From Microthyrium microscopicum (lineage: Eukaryota), in assembly GCA_010405405.1 (NCBI GenBank), contig MU004233.1, forward strand, positions 633,835 to 693,921: 60,087 bases of DNA, written 5' to 3'. Each line of letters starts with the position of its first letter. The stretch's first letter is position 1. Under the pieces are notes generated by a model, which saw only the letters and a program-made list of their open reading frames with translations, was not told where the DNA came from and searched no databases. Below, one piece after another: positions 38,338 to 52,400 of this stretch. Both the position numbers and the translations under genes were made by a program.

Positions 38338-38483
38338 TGTAGTGAGACGAAGTCGTAGTAAGTAAGATGATAGAATAAGGAAGCTATCTAGCTTCTGATC
38401 CCTGAAGGGGATGGAATATCTATCTAACCCTAGCCCTACCTCTTTAGGAATAGGTAAGAGCTATAATTTAATGTTACGTATTA
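38338..38483 (-). repeat. Putative 3' LTR (~146 bp) of the Gypsy element
   Basis: On the minus strand it follows a polypurine tract (AGGGGGCAC), starts TAAT (read as RIP-mutated TGAT) and ends ...CACTACA at 38338. Confidence 0.6.
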
Positions 38484-40820
38484 GTGCCCCCTATAAAAGA
38501 AAGGATAAAGTCCGTTAAGACGTTCTTATTAGTTATAAAGCTAGAGAATATATAATAGAATTATATTAAAAGTTTATCTTATCTTAAGATACTTAACCTA
38601 TTTATTTTAAATTATAGAATCTATAATATTTTATAGTATACTCTTATTATTCTATATAATACTATTCTCTACTTTATATTTCTTAATAAGCTAAGCTTAT
38701 AGCTTATTTTATAGAATCTACTTAGAGTCTAAGTATAGTACGCCTTTAAGTAGTATAAAGTAACTCTAAATCTTCTTCTAGTATTTACTATATTCTATAA
38801 GTTTAGCTTTTTTATTAAGTAATTTAGTAATCTTAAAATAGTAATTATCTTACTTATACTAAGCTAGCTTAGGTTAAGAAGGAATCTTATAATTATAAGA
38901 ATTAATTTCTTTAGAAGCGAGTTTAATTTATTTAATAAAAATAATAAAGTAAATTACTAACTAGGATAGTAACTTTAATTCTACTATATTATTATAACTA
39001 TATATACTAATAATTTTATATAGGCCTTTATATAGTAATTTCTATTTAGTATTATTCTTATTAAGATTATAACCTTTTATTTTATAACCTTTTCCTTAGA
39101 TAAGATATACTTATATTCCTATATAGAGCTAAAGCTTTAGTAGTCTCTAGTTATTAGTAGTTTTTATTTAGAGGTTTATATAAGTAATTAAGTCTATAGC
39201 TTTATATTAATAAATAAGTCTTTACTAAATAAGATCTAGAACCTTATTTAGTATTAGACTTTAACTAGCTAATTCTAAGCCTATACCTAGGTTAAACCTA
39301 AAAAGAAGTTTATATAAGGTCTATTTAGTAGCTTATAATATTAAGGAGTTTAATTAGTAATATAGAGATAGAAAATATAAGACTTAATCTTTATATTCTT
39401 ATATAAGCTAGTATTATATAGTAATTTTAATAACTTAATTAGTTCTTTCTAACTATTTATCTAATTATAAGTAATATACTATTATAACTATAAGAGCTAT
39501 ACTAAGTATTATATATATTATAGTCTAGAACTAGCCTATAAACTTTTTATCTCTATTATAAATAATAGCTTAGGGAATTCCTTAAAGTAGCTACTAGTTT
39601 AGTAAAGTCTTTACCTACTAATTACTACTCTATATAATCTTTTTAGAAACTATATAAGTTATTTTTAAATATTTATATATATCTATAAGTATAGCATTAT
39701 ATTTTTAATACTTTAGCATAGCTATAATAAAATTAATATACTATATATAAAATAGAATTAAAGAATATTAAATTAGTTTTATATCTCTATATAGCTTATA
39801 TCTTACTATTCTTACTTTCTAGTAAATTAAGTAGTATATAAGATACTAACGTAAGTACTATACTAAGCTATAAATATAATAACTTTAAGTTATATAATAG
39901 TAAGCATAATAAAATTTATTATAATATTCTTAATTATATAAGAGTTTAAAAATATAAACTTAGGTAAACTTAGGAATTATAAGCCTTTTATACTTATTAT
40001 ATATATTAATATATTAAAGTAGCTTATCTATATCTCTAAAGAATTATATACTATATAAATCTTTTATAGATACTAAGTTATATAAGTTTTTTTAATAGTT
40101 ATCTTAGTAATAGCCTATAATTAGTACTTATTTAAAGTTATACTTTATAACTATAGTAGTTATATTATATATATACTTTTAGATCTTTTTAAGATTCTTC
40201 TTATTTTCTATATTTTTACTAGTAAGTAGTAAGTAAAAGAGAGCGTTAAGAATTATATTAAGCTTTTCTTTAATATAATAAATATCTAAGTTATATAACT
40301 ATAAATAGAATAAAGCTTACTATAAATATAAGTTCTATCTATCTATAGATATACTTTTAAGTATAGTCTATTTTAATATCTATATATTAGCTATATAGTC
40401 TATATAAATAATAGTTTATAAGGTTAGATAAATATATTCTTTAAGTTTAGAGATAGCTTAAATTAGTACTAAAATTTCTAGCTTTATTATCTAGTAATTT
40501 ACTTTAGCTTTTATAAGTATCCTTAATAAGAAGTAAAGAGTTTAAATCTTAAATTTCTTAATTTTATTATTTTTATCTAAATTACTTTATATATAGTATA
40601 TATAAACTCTAATACTTTTATAGCTTACGTTAACCTAAATATATAGTCTTTTCTTAGTATCTAAGAACGCTAATATTTTAGAGGCTTTTTTTTTAATAAT
40701 TAATTTAACTTTCTTAAAAGCTATAAGTATATCTTTATTAGGTATAATAGTTATTTTCCTAGTAAAGTTTAATTTACTAGTCTTTATCTTTAGATTATTA
40801 TAAAATAGATAAGTCTCCTC
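38338..40820 (-). mobile_element. RIP-inactivated Ty3/Gypsy (chromovirus-like) LTR retrotransposon, 3' half
   Basis: Minus-strand relic translation gives RNase H at ~40390-40680 (LYI*VNVS, YFLLRIL.KAKVNY*IIKLE, IIYIDY = VDAS/ELE/TDH) and an HHCC zinc finger at ~39790-39990. The integrase core at ~39280-39720 reads GIP*AIIYNRDKKF..F* and YYL*LDK*LERTN* (= YHPQSDGQSERTNQ). A chromodomain-like segment lies at ~38680-38800. Confidence 0.88.
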
Positions 40821-41161
40821 TATCGTGAAAAAATTATTATTGATTTGAGTTATTTAATAACACTATAACTACTTATTACTATAATACGTAGTTCTATATC
40901 TAAGTACTTAACTTAATATTTAATTCGTTTAAAATATATAGAATAATTAGAATAAATTTACTAATTTGAGATATATTAAATAGAAATGAGAACTAAAACT
41001 ACTTATAGCGTTTAAATTAATAAAATAAGATAAACTATTAAAGTACTTCTATAAAGCTAATAAAGAATATTCTTTAAATAAGATAAATAATTAGAATTCT
41101 TAAATAAGTCTAATATACTCTATTACTTAAGTAATATTAATAGCTAGAACTAGTATATATT

Positions 41162-42071
41162 NNNNNNNNNNNNNNNNNNNNNNNNNNNNNNNNNNNNNNN
41201 NNNNNNNNNNNNNNNNNNNNNNNNNNNNNNNNNNNNNNNNNNNNNNNNNNNNNNNNNNNNNNNNNNNNNNNNNNNNNNNNNNNNNNNNNNNNNNNNNNNN
41301 NNNNNNNNNNNNNNNNNNNNNNNNNNNNNNNNNNNNNNNNNNNNNNNNNNNNNNNNNNNNNNNNNNNNNNNNNNNNNNNNNNNNNNNNNNNNNNNNNNNN
41401 NNNNNNNNNNNNNNNNNNNNNNNNNNNNNNNNNNNNNNNNNNNNNNNNNNNNNNNNNNNNNNNNNNNNNNNNNNNNNNNNNNNNNNNNNNNNNNNNNNNN
41501 NNNNNNNNNNNNNNNNNNNNNNNNNNNNNNNNNNNNNNNNNNNNNNNNNNNNNNNNNNNNNNNNNNNNNNNNNNNNNNNNNNNNNNNNNNNNNNNNNNNN
41601 NNNNNNNNNNNNNNNNNNNNNNNNNNNNNNNNNNNNNNNNNNNNNNNNNNNNNNNNNNNNNNNNNNNNNNNNNNNNNNNNNNNNNNNNNNNNNNNNNNNN
41701 NNNNNNNNNNNNNNNNNNNNNNNNNNNNNNNNNNNNNNNNNNNNNNNNNNNNNNNNNNNNNNNNNNNNNNNNNNNNNNNNNNNNNNNNNNNNNNNNNNNN
41801 NNNNNNNNNNNNNNNNNNNNNNNNNNNNNNNNNNNNNNNNNNNNNNNNNNNNNNNNNNNNNNNNNNNNNNNNNNNNNNNNNNNNNNNNNNNNNNNNNNNN
41901 NNNNNNNNNNNNNNNNNNNNNNNNNNNNNNNNNNNNNNNNNNNNNNNNNNNNNNNNNNNNNNNNNNNNNNNNNNNNNNNNNNNNNNNNNNNNNNNNNNNN
42001 NNNNNNNNNNNNNNNNNNNNNNNNNNNNNNNNNNNNNNNNNNNNNNNNNNNNNNNNNNNNNNNNNNNNNNN
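41162..42071. other. Assembly gap (Ns)
   Basis: Run of N bases. Confidence 1.
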
Positions 42072-45000
42072 TTTAATATTTAAAATATTAAGAATATCTT
42101 TAATAACTTTAATGTCTAAAATATCTATCGTGTTTCTTATATCTACTATATTTATAATATTCTAGATACTAATATAGATATAATATAGTAGATAGCTCTA
42201 ATTACTATATATAGAGCTACTCTAGAAACTAGCCTTACTAGAATAATTACCTAAATATCTAGAATTATCTAGAATTATCTAGAATTATCTAAAAGAATTA
42301 AAAGCTCTTACTTATCCCTATTAGGATTAAATACTTTATTATATTATAGTATTAGATCTTAACTTTATAGACTATCTTATTATAGGCGTATTAAGATTAA
42401 GTTCTATAATGCTATACCCTTCTTATTATTATCTATAATCTATATCTCCTTCTTCTAGCTTAAGTCCTTACTTATAAGATAGAATAATAGGGCATAATTT
42501 AGATCTTTCTTATTATTAATAGCATCTATAATATCCTAAAGAGTTAGAAGGCTCTTAAGGTTTAGTAGCTTAGTTTCTATCTATCCTAGTTTAGTAAACT
42601 AAATATATATCCTCTCTAGCTAGTTCTTATTACTAGGTTCTATTTATATAATTTATTAGTAATTAGAGCCTATATATTTACTTAAATATATAAGACTTAC
42701 TTATTAGGTCTATATAATTAGGATTATTCTACTTATTATTTACTTTATACTTATTATTAGCTAAGAACTTACTATATAATACTACTTTCTTAGGCTATAG
42801 AGTATATCTTTTATATCTATATTGCTTATTAAACCTAGCTTTAGAACTACTTTACTTACGCCCTAAATATTATAGTAGCTTAAAGAAGTCTTAGTTCTTA
42901 TTATCTTCTTAAGTAGGTAGATTATAATTATCTTCCTATATAGGCTAAAATTTTGCCTAAATAATAATATTAGTAAGATTATTACTAGTTTTTTAAAGAA
43001 CGTACTTTATAAAGCTTATTAATATTATTATAGTTAGAAGTATATATATCTAATATTAGCTTTTATTACTCTTTATATTATACCCTAGTTTTATATAATA
43101 TAAGATCTTTAATAGTTTTTTAAATAAGTAAGCTCGTTTTTTATTTTAAATAAAGTAGTTATAAGTTCTATTATTTAAGCTATTTTTAATAACTTACTAT
43201 AGTTACTAGTTAGTATTATATTATTTATTTAATAACCTAAATTACCTTAACACGTAGGTAGGTTATACTAAAAATTATTAACTCTTTAAATAATAGTCTC
43301 TATATATAGCTTAATAAGTATATAGATATATATAATAAGTTTACCTAAAAATAGCAATTCTATAGTCTTTATAGCCTAGTAGTCTCTAGAATATTTCCTA
43401 CCCTAGCTAAGTATAAAGGTTTTACGCTTATAACTAATACGTAAATAAAATAGTAAGTTATTAATAAGAAAGGAGATTATCTTACTAGTAAATAATATAT
43501 ATTCTTAGAGGTATTATTAATATATAGTTATAATTTAGTCTTATTTAAAAATATAAACTTATATAAGGTTTACTCTCTTTATTTTTACTATACTTATATA
43601 ATTTAGTAAAGTTACTATCTTTTCTTAGCTACTTAGTAAACTTCTATACGTCTAGTTTCTTAATTTTAAGTAATCTTAAGAATATAGAGTTAAATAATAC
43701 TAATTAATATATATCTTACTTAGTCTAGATATTTAGTAATAATACTTTTAACTATTTAGATATAGTAATTCTATACTAACTAATATAGTACTATATCTAA
43801 GTAGTTTTTAAAATTAGCTAAATCCTATATATACTATATCTAAGAAGATATAAGAATAAACTTATATTCCTATAGAATTAGTTATACTTAAATATAGTTA
43901 GTACCTCTAAGATATTAATTACTATAGTTAGGAACTTAGGTAGCACCTCTTTTAAATATACCTTATAGTAATAGTTTTAAAGCTTATTACCTATTATACT
44001 TTACTTACTAGTACTATTTTAATAATTTAGCTAAGGATCTAAGTTATACTTACTATTAAGAGTAGCTAAGGTTAATTTATTTATAGTTAACCTAATAACT
44101 CTATTATTATATAAACCTTAGCTTAGTATAGGTTCTTATTTACTTTTCCTTATAGGTAAATATAAACTTTATAATAGACTAGATTTATTAATAAGATTAT
44201 TAGTATTATAATAATAAGCTTAGAGAGAAATAGTCATTTAAAGGCTATATATAGTTACTAAGGTATAGAAACTAGTAAACTAGATTATATAAATTATAAA
44301 GAGAGCTTATCTATATTTATACTATATATAAAGCAATTACTAAGAAGATAATTACCTAAGCTAGGAATAGATATTTAGTCTATATTAAAAGATAGTAAGT
44401 TATATATTTACGCTTATCTTAGTTTTTATAAATAGAAATAACTTAGCGTAGCGTCTTTATTACTTATAGCTTAAAAAGGGCTATAGTTAGAAAAATCTAC
44501 TTTAATACTATTATATTAGCTTATATATATAATAAAGTAGAAGCAAAATAGAATAAAAGAGATAGATACTAGTATATTATATAATACTACGTTATCTATT
44601 AAGCTTTTCTAAGTAATTACATTACTATAACTAATAAAATAAAGAGAAGAGGTTTCTAGAATAGTCTAAGACTTATATATCTATTAGTATTTATTAGCTT
44701 TTTAGATAAATCTAGATAAATAAATAATAGAAATACTTAGCTACTACTAAAAGACTTATCTAAAGTATTTATAGGTCCTATATCTTAGGTAGCTTTTAGA
44801 GCTTCGTTAAAAGTAGCGTTTAATACTATATAAGAATTACGACTTAGTTAATATTTAATAGGAATTATTCTTTTAGAAATTATTAAGCTAGTTTTTAGAT
44901 AGTTAAGTAAGCCTAACTTAGAGTTTAGGGCCTAGAGTTTATTAATACTTTTAGATTTATAAGTACTATTTCGCTTAATAATAGTACTTTTAACTTATAT

Positions 45001-47399
45001 TTATCTAGTTAGGTCTAAAAACTCTATTTATTTATCTAGCTAGTAAGTAATTATTATATTAGCTAATATTTAGTTTAGTAAGTATATTTAAAGTATATTA
45101 TATTAGTATTAGACATTTACTTTATAAAGTCTATTTTATTTTATTTATTATAGCTTAAAAGGTCTTAAGCTATAAGGTCTTATAATAGAGGTCTACTATC
45201 CCTAGTAAAGAAGAATATATAAATTAGAATCTAATAAAAGTAAATTATAAGTTAGAAAAATATACGTAGTAGTTTACTTAGCTTTATCTCTTTTTATACC
45301 TTAACCTTTATAAGCTTTTATAAGTTTATTCCTTATCTTACTTTTTATAATATTACTTTACCCTACTAAATTTATTATAATTTTATTAACTTAGTATAGG
45401 CTTATTTAAGAGGTTATATTATATATAAAACATATTATTAAGATTTAAATATTAAAGTAAAGTAGTAGTAAAAATCTAATAAGTATAATATTATAATAAA
45501 GATTACTAGGTATATAGGTATTTTAATAAAAATATATAATTAGTAGAACTTTAAATAAGTATAGTAGAGAATAAGAAGTAGATTATATAGAATAATAAAA
45601 AAAGAAAATAATATTTTAAAAGTTATACTATATAATGCATAAAAGATATTAATACTAGAACTAATTTTAGTAGCGTTTTTTATTACTTTTTAACTCTTAA
45701 CTAATATAATATATATTAAGTATATACGAAGGTTATATTCTTAAAACTCATTTAGCTATTATTATTAGTTCTTATTAAATAAGCTATTCTAAGGATTATA
45801 TAAAAGGGATAAGAGGAAGTAAGTTATATTAAGTCGTTTCTACGTTACGCTATATTAATATAAGAGGTTAAATTAAAGCAAATCGTAGGATTCTATTTAG
45901 CTATTACTTTCTATTATTATTAAATCTATTAATTTTAAGGCTACGTAAAAAGGGCTAAAGATTATTAAGTTGTACTAAGTAATTTCTATACTATGCTATA
46001 TTAAAGTAGAGGCTAGGTAGTAATTTTATATTATAAAATTAGGTTTAGCCTACTATTATATTTAATTATTATCTAATACGCTAATTATTATATATACTAA
46101 TTCTTAGGCTATATAAAAGGAGCCTAAGATTATAAGCTTATACTAAGCTATTTCTATATCTCTTTATATTAAAGTAAAGGCTAAGCATTAATTTATATTA
46201 TAAAGTTACGTTTAGCTATATTAATCTATATTATAAAGTCACGTTTAGCTATTACGTTAATATATTATTAAATATATAAGTAAACTTAAGTATTATATAA
46301 GATAAATAGAAGATTTATAGTTCGTAGTTAGTAATAATAAGATAAGCTAAATCTAAATAATTAGATAGAAGTTAGTATTAAACTTACGCTATTTCTTATA
46401 AGAACGTCTTAATCGTTACTCTATTAAGCTACTAAAAGTTTATATCCTTTTTTATTACTACTATACTACTATAATAAGTAAAATACTAACTATTATTATT
46501 ACTTCTTCTACGTAAGATAAGTTAATTATTTACTAAATTATTTTAAGAATACGTAAATATATTTAGCTATTAACCTTTACTAGCTAGAGTAAGCTTATCT
46601 AATTTATATAAAGAGATACTTTTAATAAAGAGGCTAGTATTAAACTTTTTAATTACTTTATTTAGATAACTAGTTTATTAGTAATTACTATTACGTTATT
46701 TTATAATAACTAGTTTATCTCTCTTAATTATAAGTAAGCTATAGAAGCTACCTTTATTACTAATTAAGTTAATATAGAGTTTAAACTTATAGAGTCTATA
46801 AGTCCTAAAGTACTATATTAGTTACTATCTTTATATATATTAATAAATAATAGTTAGATATTAGGTATTACTATACTTATAGTCTACGCTTACTTAATAA
46901 GTTTAGACTCTTTTATTATTATATAATAGTTTAATTTTAATTTCATATATTAAACTTAGTAAAATATTAGTTAACTATTATAGTACTAATTATAAGTACT
47001 ATTCTAACCTTCTATAGATAATTACTTAATCTATATATTATATAACTATCTACTTTTCTATAAATATAGTAGTAAATACGTTAACTATATATAGACTAGC
47101 TATACTTTAATAAGTTATATTAATTCTATAAAAACTTACTATAAGGTATATAAAAAGATACTAGAGAATAGTATTTTAATAATCTTATAATATATAAATA
47201 ATTCTCTATACGTACGAGCCTATTAGCTAGTTAATATTATTAGATAGAACCTAATATTTATAGTACTATAGAATACTATTTCTTAGTTAAATCCTACTAG
47301 TATATAAAGAATAAGTAATACTTTTTAGTTTTATTAAATAGGACTACTAAACTTAGCTAATATATGCTAAAAGTTTAATTAAGATACTTCTTTAATATT

Positions 47400-49620
47400 A
47401 GAATTACTAATAATTATTAACTCTAACTTATTAGATATTACTCTAGAGTTAGAGTTATAGACTTCTTTTATTATAAAGCTTAAGACTTCTATTAAATAAT
47501 TACTAGACTAGAAGTTATAATAAGCACCTTATTTTATAACCTTTATTAAATAACCTCTAGAACTAGAGTTATAAGCTTTATCTATTATAAAGCTTAAGAT
47601 CCTTATTAAATAAGCTCTAGACCTAGAGTTATAGGCTCCTTCCCTTATAAAGCTTAAGGCCCCTATTAAATAAGCTCTAGACCTAGAGTTATAGACTCCT
47701 TCTATTATAAAGCTTAAGGCTCTTATTAAATAAGCTCTAGGCCTAAAGTTATAGGCTATTTCTATTATAAAGCTTAAAGACTTTATTAAATAAGCTCTAA
47801 AGTATTTTATTAAAACTAAGTTATAATTATTTCTTTAACCTAAGATAAAAGCTAGCTCTTAAGTTTTATTAGAAGCTTCTATTAAGCCTAACATAGAGCT
47901 ACTTTTTAATACTAAGCTTAAAGTATTTTTTAAAGCTAAAATAAATACTACTATATTAGGAACTAAAATATAGCTTAATCCTTAGATATCTAACGAACCT
48001 ATACTTAATTAACCTATAGTATTATCTACTATTTATACTAAGTAGCTAATAGACTTTAAACGCTATTAACTTAATAAATATATATAAACGTATTAAGAAG
48101 GTAACTAGTTTATTATATAAAAGTAATAAAATAAATAACGCGCCTTAAAAAGTAAGAAAGTACCTAAACTAAAGCTAGGGTTTAGATTAATATATATAAG
48201 GATTTAATATCTAAAGCTAACCTATTCTACTAGGCTATTAAGATCTAATACTAATTTATTTTACCTAAAGAACGTTTACTTTATTAACTATAAAGTTATA
48301 AAGCTAAGTTTTAATTTAGGAATTAAGTATTCTAATATACCTTAGTATCTTATTTATAATAATTAACGTTATACTTCATTCTAATTATTAATATATTTCT
48401 TAGATTAAAGAGAGAAGAAGAACTTATAATAGTCTAAAGATTACGTAGTAATAAATTATATTTTATCTCTTAATTTATTTTATTACTTTAAATTTAGTAG
48501 TCTATTGCTTAATTAATATAGCACTATTAATTACTTTATAAAATAAGACCTTACTATTAATAGGAGTTCTTTTTATTTAATTAAATTTATAAAAAAGTAA
48601 GAGCTCTTTATATTACTTATACTTAAAGAACTCTTTAAAAAACTTAATTATAGTATTATAATTTAGAGTATTAGCATTTTTTCTAGAACTATTATAGCTA
48701 CTATTTATAAACTTTCTATAGTCTAGAGCATAAATATAGTTACTTACTATCTTATAAATATATATTTATATATCTATAACTACTAAGAAGGAGTTAGAGT
48801 CTAGAAGTATATATAGCTATACCTTAGGTTATATATTACTATAATCTTAGGATTATTTTAATTCTCTTAGCCTTAAGCTTTAAGAAGATACTAGTAGAGT
48901 TTTATTAGTAATAAACCCTATCTATTATTAATAGATAATTAAAGTTAGAATAAAAGTTTACTTATATATATTCTAAATTTAGGCTTTTATTTATTTCTAT
49001 TAGCGTATATTTTATTAGTAATAGTAAACTAATATAAGAAGCAATCTTTATTATTTATCCTTATATATAGCTTTATTATATCTTATACTTAGCTAACATA
49101 ATCTTCTAATATATAAATGGCCTTATTTAGCTAGTAGTTATATACTTAGATATTATATAATATTAGTAATTATCTCTTACTTTTCCTTATATATATTATA
49201 GTTATTAAGACTATAGTATAAGTCTTAAAGTTACTTCTTTATAGCTATAGCTAATTAGATATATTTATTTAAGTTTATATTAAGTCGTTATATTAGCTCC
49301 TCCTTAGTTATATTTAAATACTTTTTTAAGCTATCCTACTATCTAGCTATATTATCTTTTAAAAGTCTAATTGTAATATAGAGGAGTTATTAAGTAAAGA
49401 GAATAGTATAAAATTAAAGTTAGAATAGGGAGAATATACTAAAGATTAATAATAAGTATATTATAAAAATTAAGAGTTATAAATTTATTATAATATAGAA
49501 AGGAGAATATAAAGAAAATATACTATAGTAGTACTTAAATAGTTAGAAATACGTTATTATTTAGAACTACGCGCTACTTATAACTAAATTTATTAGTTTT
49601 AAAAGCTTATATATTAAGCT
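47400..49620 (+). pseudogene. RIP-destroyed long ORF of unknown product (contains the 60-bp repeat)
   Basis: One plus frame reads as plausible protein when TAA/TAG are treated as former CAA/CAG/TGG/CGA. Boundaries are approximate. Confidence 0.4.
47450..47800 (+). repeat. 60-bp tandem repeat, ~5-6 copies, probably a former coding repeat
   Basis: Unit TATTAAATAAGCTCTAGACCTAGAGTTATAGGCTCCTTCCCTTATAAAGCTTAAGGCCC recurs every 60 nt. Reverse-RIP reading is approximately PIEQAPDPESQAPSLVELEA. Confidence 0.85.
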
Positions 49621-51349
49621 TATAAATATCTTTATGCTATTAGAAAAAGACTTATAGACTTATATCTAGGTTAGTAGTTATAGTTAGATTATATTTACGT
49701 ATAAGATATAAAGTAAGTAGTAGTATTTAGCATTAATAATATAATAAAGTAAATATTCTTTAAGATTATATAAGATATTTCTAGAAATTTCTAGACTTAT
49801 CTAGATTTTCTAGACTTTTCTAGATATACTATTATTTAAGATTTATATGCTTTTAGGAAAGGTTACTTTATAAATATATCTATAGCTTAGAATTACTACC
49901 TTTATATTCTTTATATTATAATATATAGTACTATAGATTTTATTCTCTAATATAATAAATTAGCTAATAATTATAATTATTTTAATATTATAGGGTTATA
50001 ACCTCTACGTTACTATAGTTTTACTTTATAACTTATTATTTAATATATTTACTATACTTAGATAGTAACTAAGTCTAGTATATGAATTCTAAGAAGTAAT
50101 ATTTATTTTAGATATAGTTAAAATATTCTATACTCTATTATAATAGAGGTCTAAATAATAGATCGTTTCTAACCCTTTCTAGTAACTAGCCTCTTATATA
50201 TTAATATCTTATAAACTTTTATTATTAACGTAAGATTTCTAGTAATAACTTACTTACTAGTTTTATAATTTAAGGAATTATATATTTATAAAATAAACTA
50301 TACTTATTAAGATAAAGAGAGTTATATAGGTAATAGTTTAGATATTCTAGCTTGTTTATTATTAGCTCTCTATATTTAAAATAATTAATAGCTATATAGT
50401 TTTACTTATAGGATTACTATCCTTATTCTTATTAAGTTAAGGAATATTAGTACTAAAAGATATATCGTAGTAATAAAGCCTTTAATTATAATCTTCTACT
50501 TCTAAAAGTAAATCTATAGTAATAGCTTTAGGTTTAATAACTCTAATAAATTAATAAAAGGATTAGTAATTATTATTATTATTTTATTCTTATTTAAAAG
50601 TAAGGTAAGTAAATTAAGAGTACGCTATAAAGCTTAAGAACTATCTATAGCTACCTATACATAGTTACTACTATATAATAAGTTTATCTTAAATAGGTAT
50701 TATTATAGACTTTAATATAGCTAGTTTACTTATAATTAGTATTAATTAAATAATAAAAAGTAGTATAAATAAAATAGAAGTCTAATAGCTATTTTATATA
50801 AAGTAGACTTATAATAAGATTACGTTTTTTCTTTACTATAGTAGTTAAAAGCCTTAGTATATTACCTAAGATACTACGTTACGTTCTAAATTCTATATTA
50901 TATAATCTATTATAAACCTTATAGCCTCTTATAAACGTAATTCTACTAAATACTTTATTTATAAAGTGCTAGAAATAAGTACCTAAGTATATATAATTTT
51001 TAATATTTTTTAAGTTATTCCTACTAAGGTAAATAAGAGGTATACCTACTTAGAAATAAATAGAAATAATATAAAAAGAAAATATAATATACTTAAATAT
51101 TTTAGATTTAATAACTCTAGTTAATATTATACCCTCTTAATAAGAATTAAAAGCTTTTCTATTTTTAATAAATAATAATATTTCATAATATAGACTAGGT
51201 TATACTAATTAATCTATAAAGCGTACTAATAAAACTAAATAGTAATAATTACTATTTAGTTCTTTACTTAAAGCGTTAACCTCTTCTATTTTAATTTTTA
51301 GCCTAAATATAATTAATAGTAATAATTTAGACTTTTATTACTCTTAAAT

Positions 51350-52400
51350 TATTATATTAGCTTAGTTTTATAGCTAATTATAATAGTTTAGTTATTCTTT
51401 ATATTTACTTACTATATCTCTTCTTCTTTTATCTTTTATTCTACTTATTCTTTTTTCTCTTCTTTCTTCTTTTCTTATTCTTTATTCTTTTTACTTATAA
51501 TCTTTTTCTTCTCTTCTTTCTTTTTATTTACTATTTTAAGATATAGATAGAGAAGGTAGTAGTAATAGTCTTAATATAGTAAATAGTTTTATAGCTAAGA
51601 TTTATTTTATCTTAATAGACTCTACTCTTCCTTCCTTAAGGATAATATCTTAATCTTTATATTAACTAATATATATTTAATATAAAGGTATAGTTACTAT
51701 AGATAAGAAAAAATAAGTAGTAGAAAAAAAGATAAGAAGCCTTAAAGCTTAGTAGTAATTTTAAGTTTAAAACCTTATATAACTTTTTTAATAGTTAATT
51801 AGATTCTTAGATTTTAAAAGTAATAAAGTAATCCCTTCTATTAAATATATCTATAGCTTAAGATTCTATTTTCCTTAATTACTACTTTTAATTACTATCT
51901 CTCTTATAACTTATCCTATTATTTACTATATATTTCTTATAAATAAGTATATTTAGAATATTTAAGGTTATATTAGAGAGCTCCCTAATATAGAGATTAG
52001 AACCTTTAAAATAAGAAAGTATAGATAAAGAAAATTATTTAAGCTTTTAAAGCTAATATTATTAATTAACTTTAATATAGTAACTATAGATTCTATATAA
52101 TAACTTTTAGTTTCTACCTAATAAAGAGTATTTTATATCTTAAACTCTAGGCTTTCTTAGCCTCTTTAGCTACTACCTTAACCTTATTTTTAAGTATAGT
52201 CTTCTCTAATAAGTTAGTAACTTCTTTTACCTTAGCTTTCTCCTTTAACTAAGCCTTCTTTATAGCTTTCTTTATAATCTTCTTTATATACTTCTTTATC
52301 TTCTTTACGTTCTTTAGTTTCTTTATATTCTTAGCTTTTAAGTAGAAATATAAAATATAGTAAACCTACTCTTAGTAGAATAGATAATTACGCAACTATA
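51350..52400 (-). pseudogene. RIP-destroyed Lys/Glu-rich coiled-coil ORF(s)
   Basis: CT-rich plus-strand tracts at 51400-51540 and 52150-52340 read as AAG/GAA-rich codons (KKAIKKA*LKEKAKVKEV) on the minus strand. Confidence 0.4.

Noticed and set aside
38338..38480. Continuation of the HET-6-like reading frame into the AT-rich block (RIP leakage into the gene)
   Set aside because: The frame stays open briefly but shows no HET motifs. A polypurine tract and TG..CA-type ends fit an LTR better.
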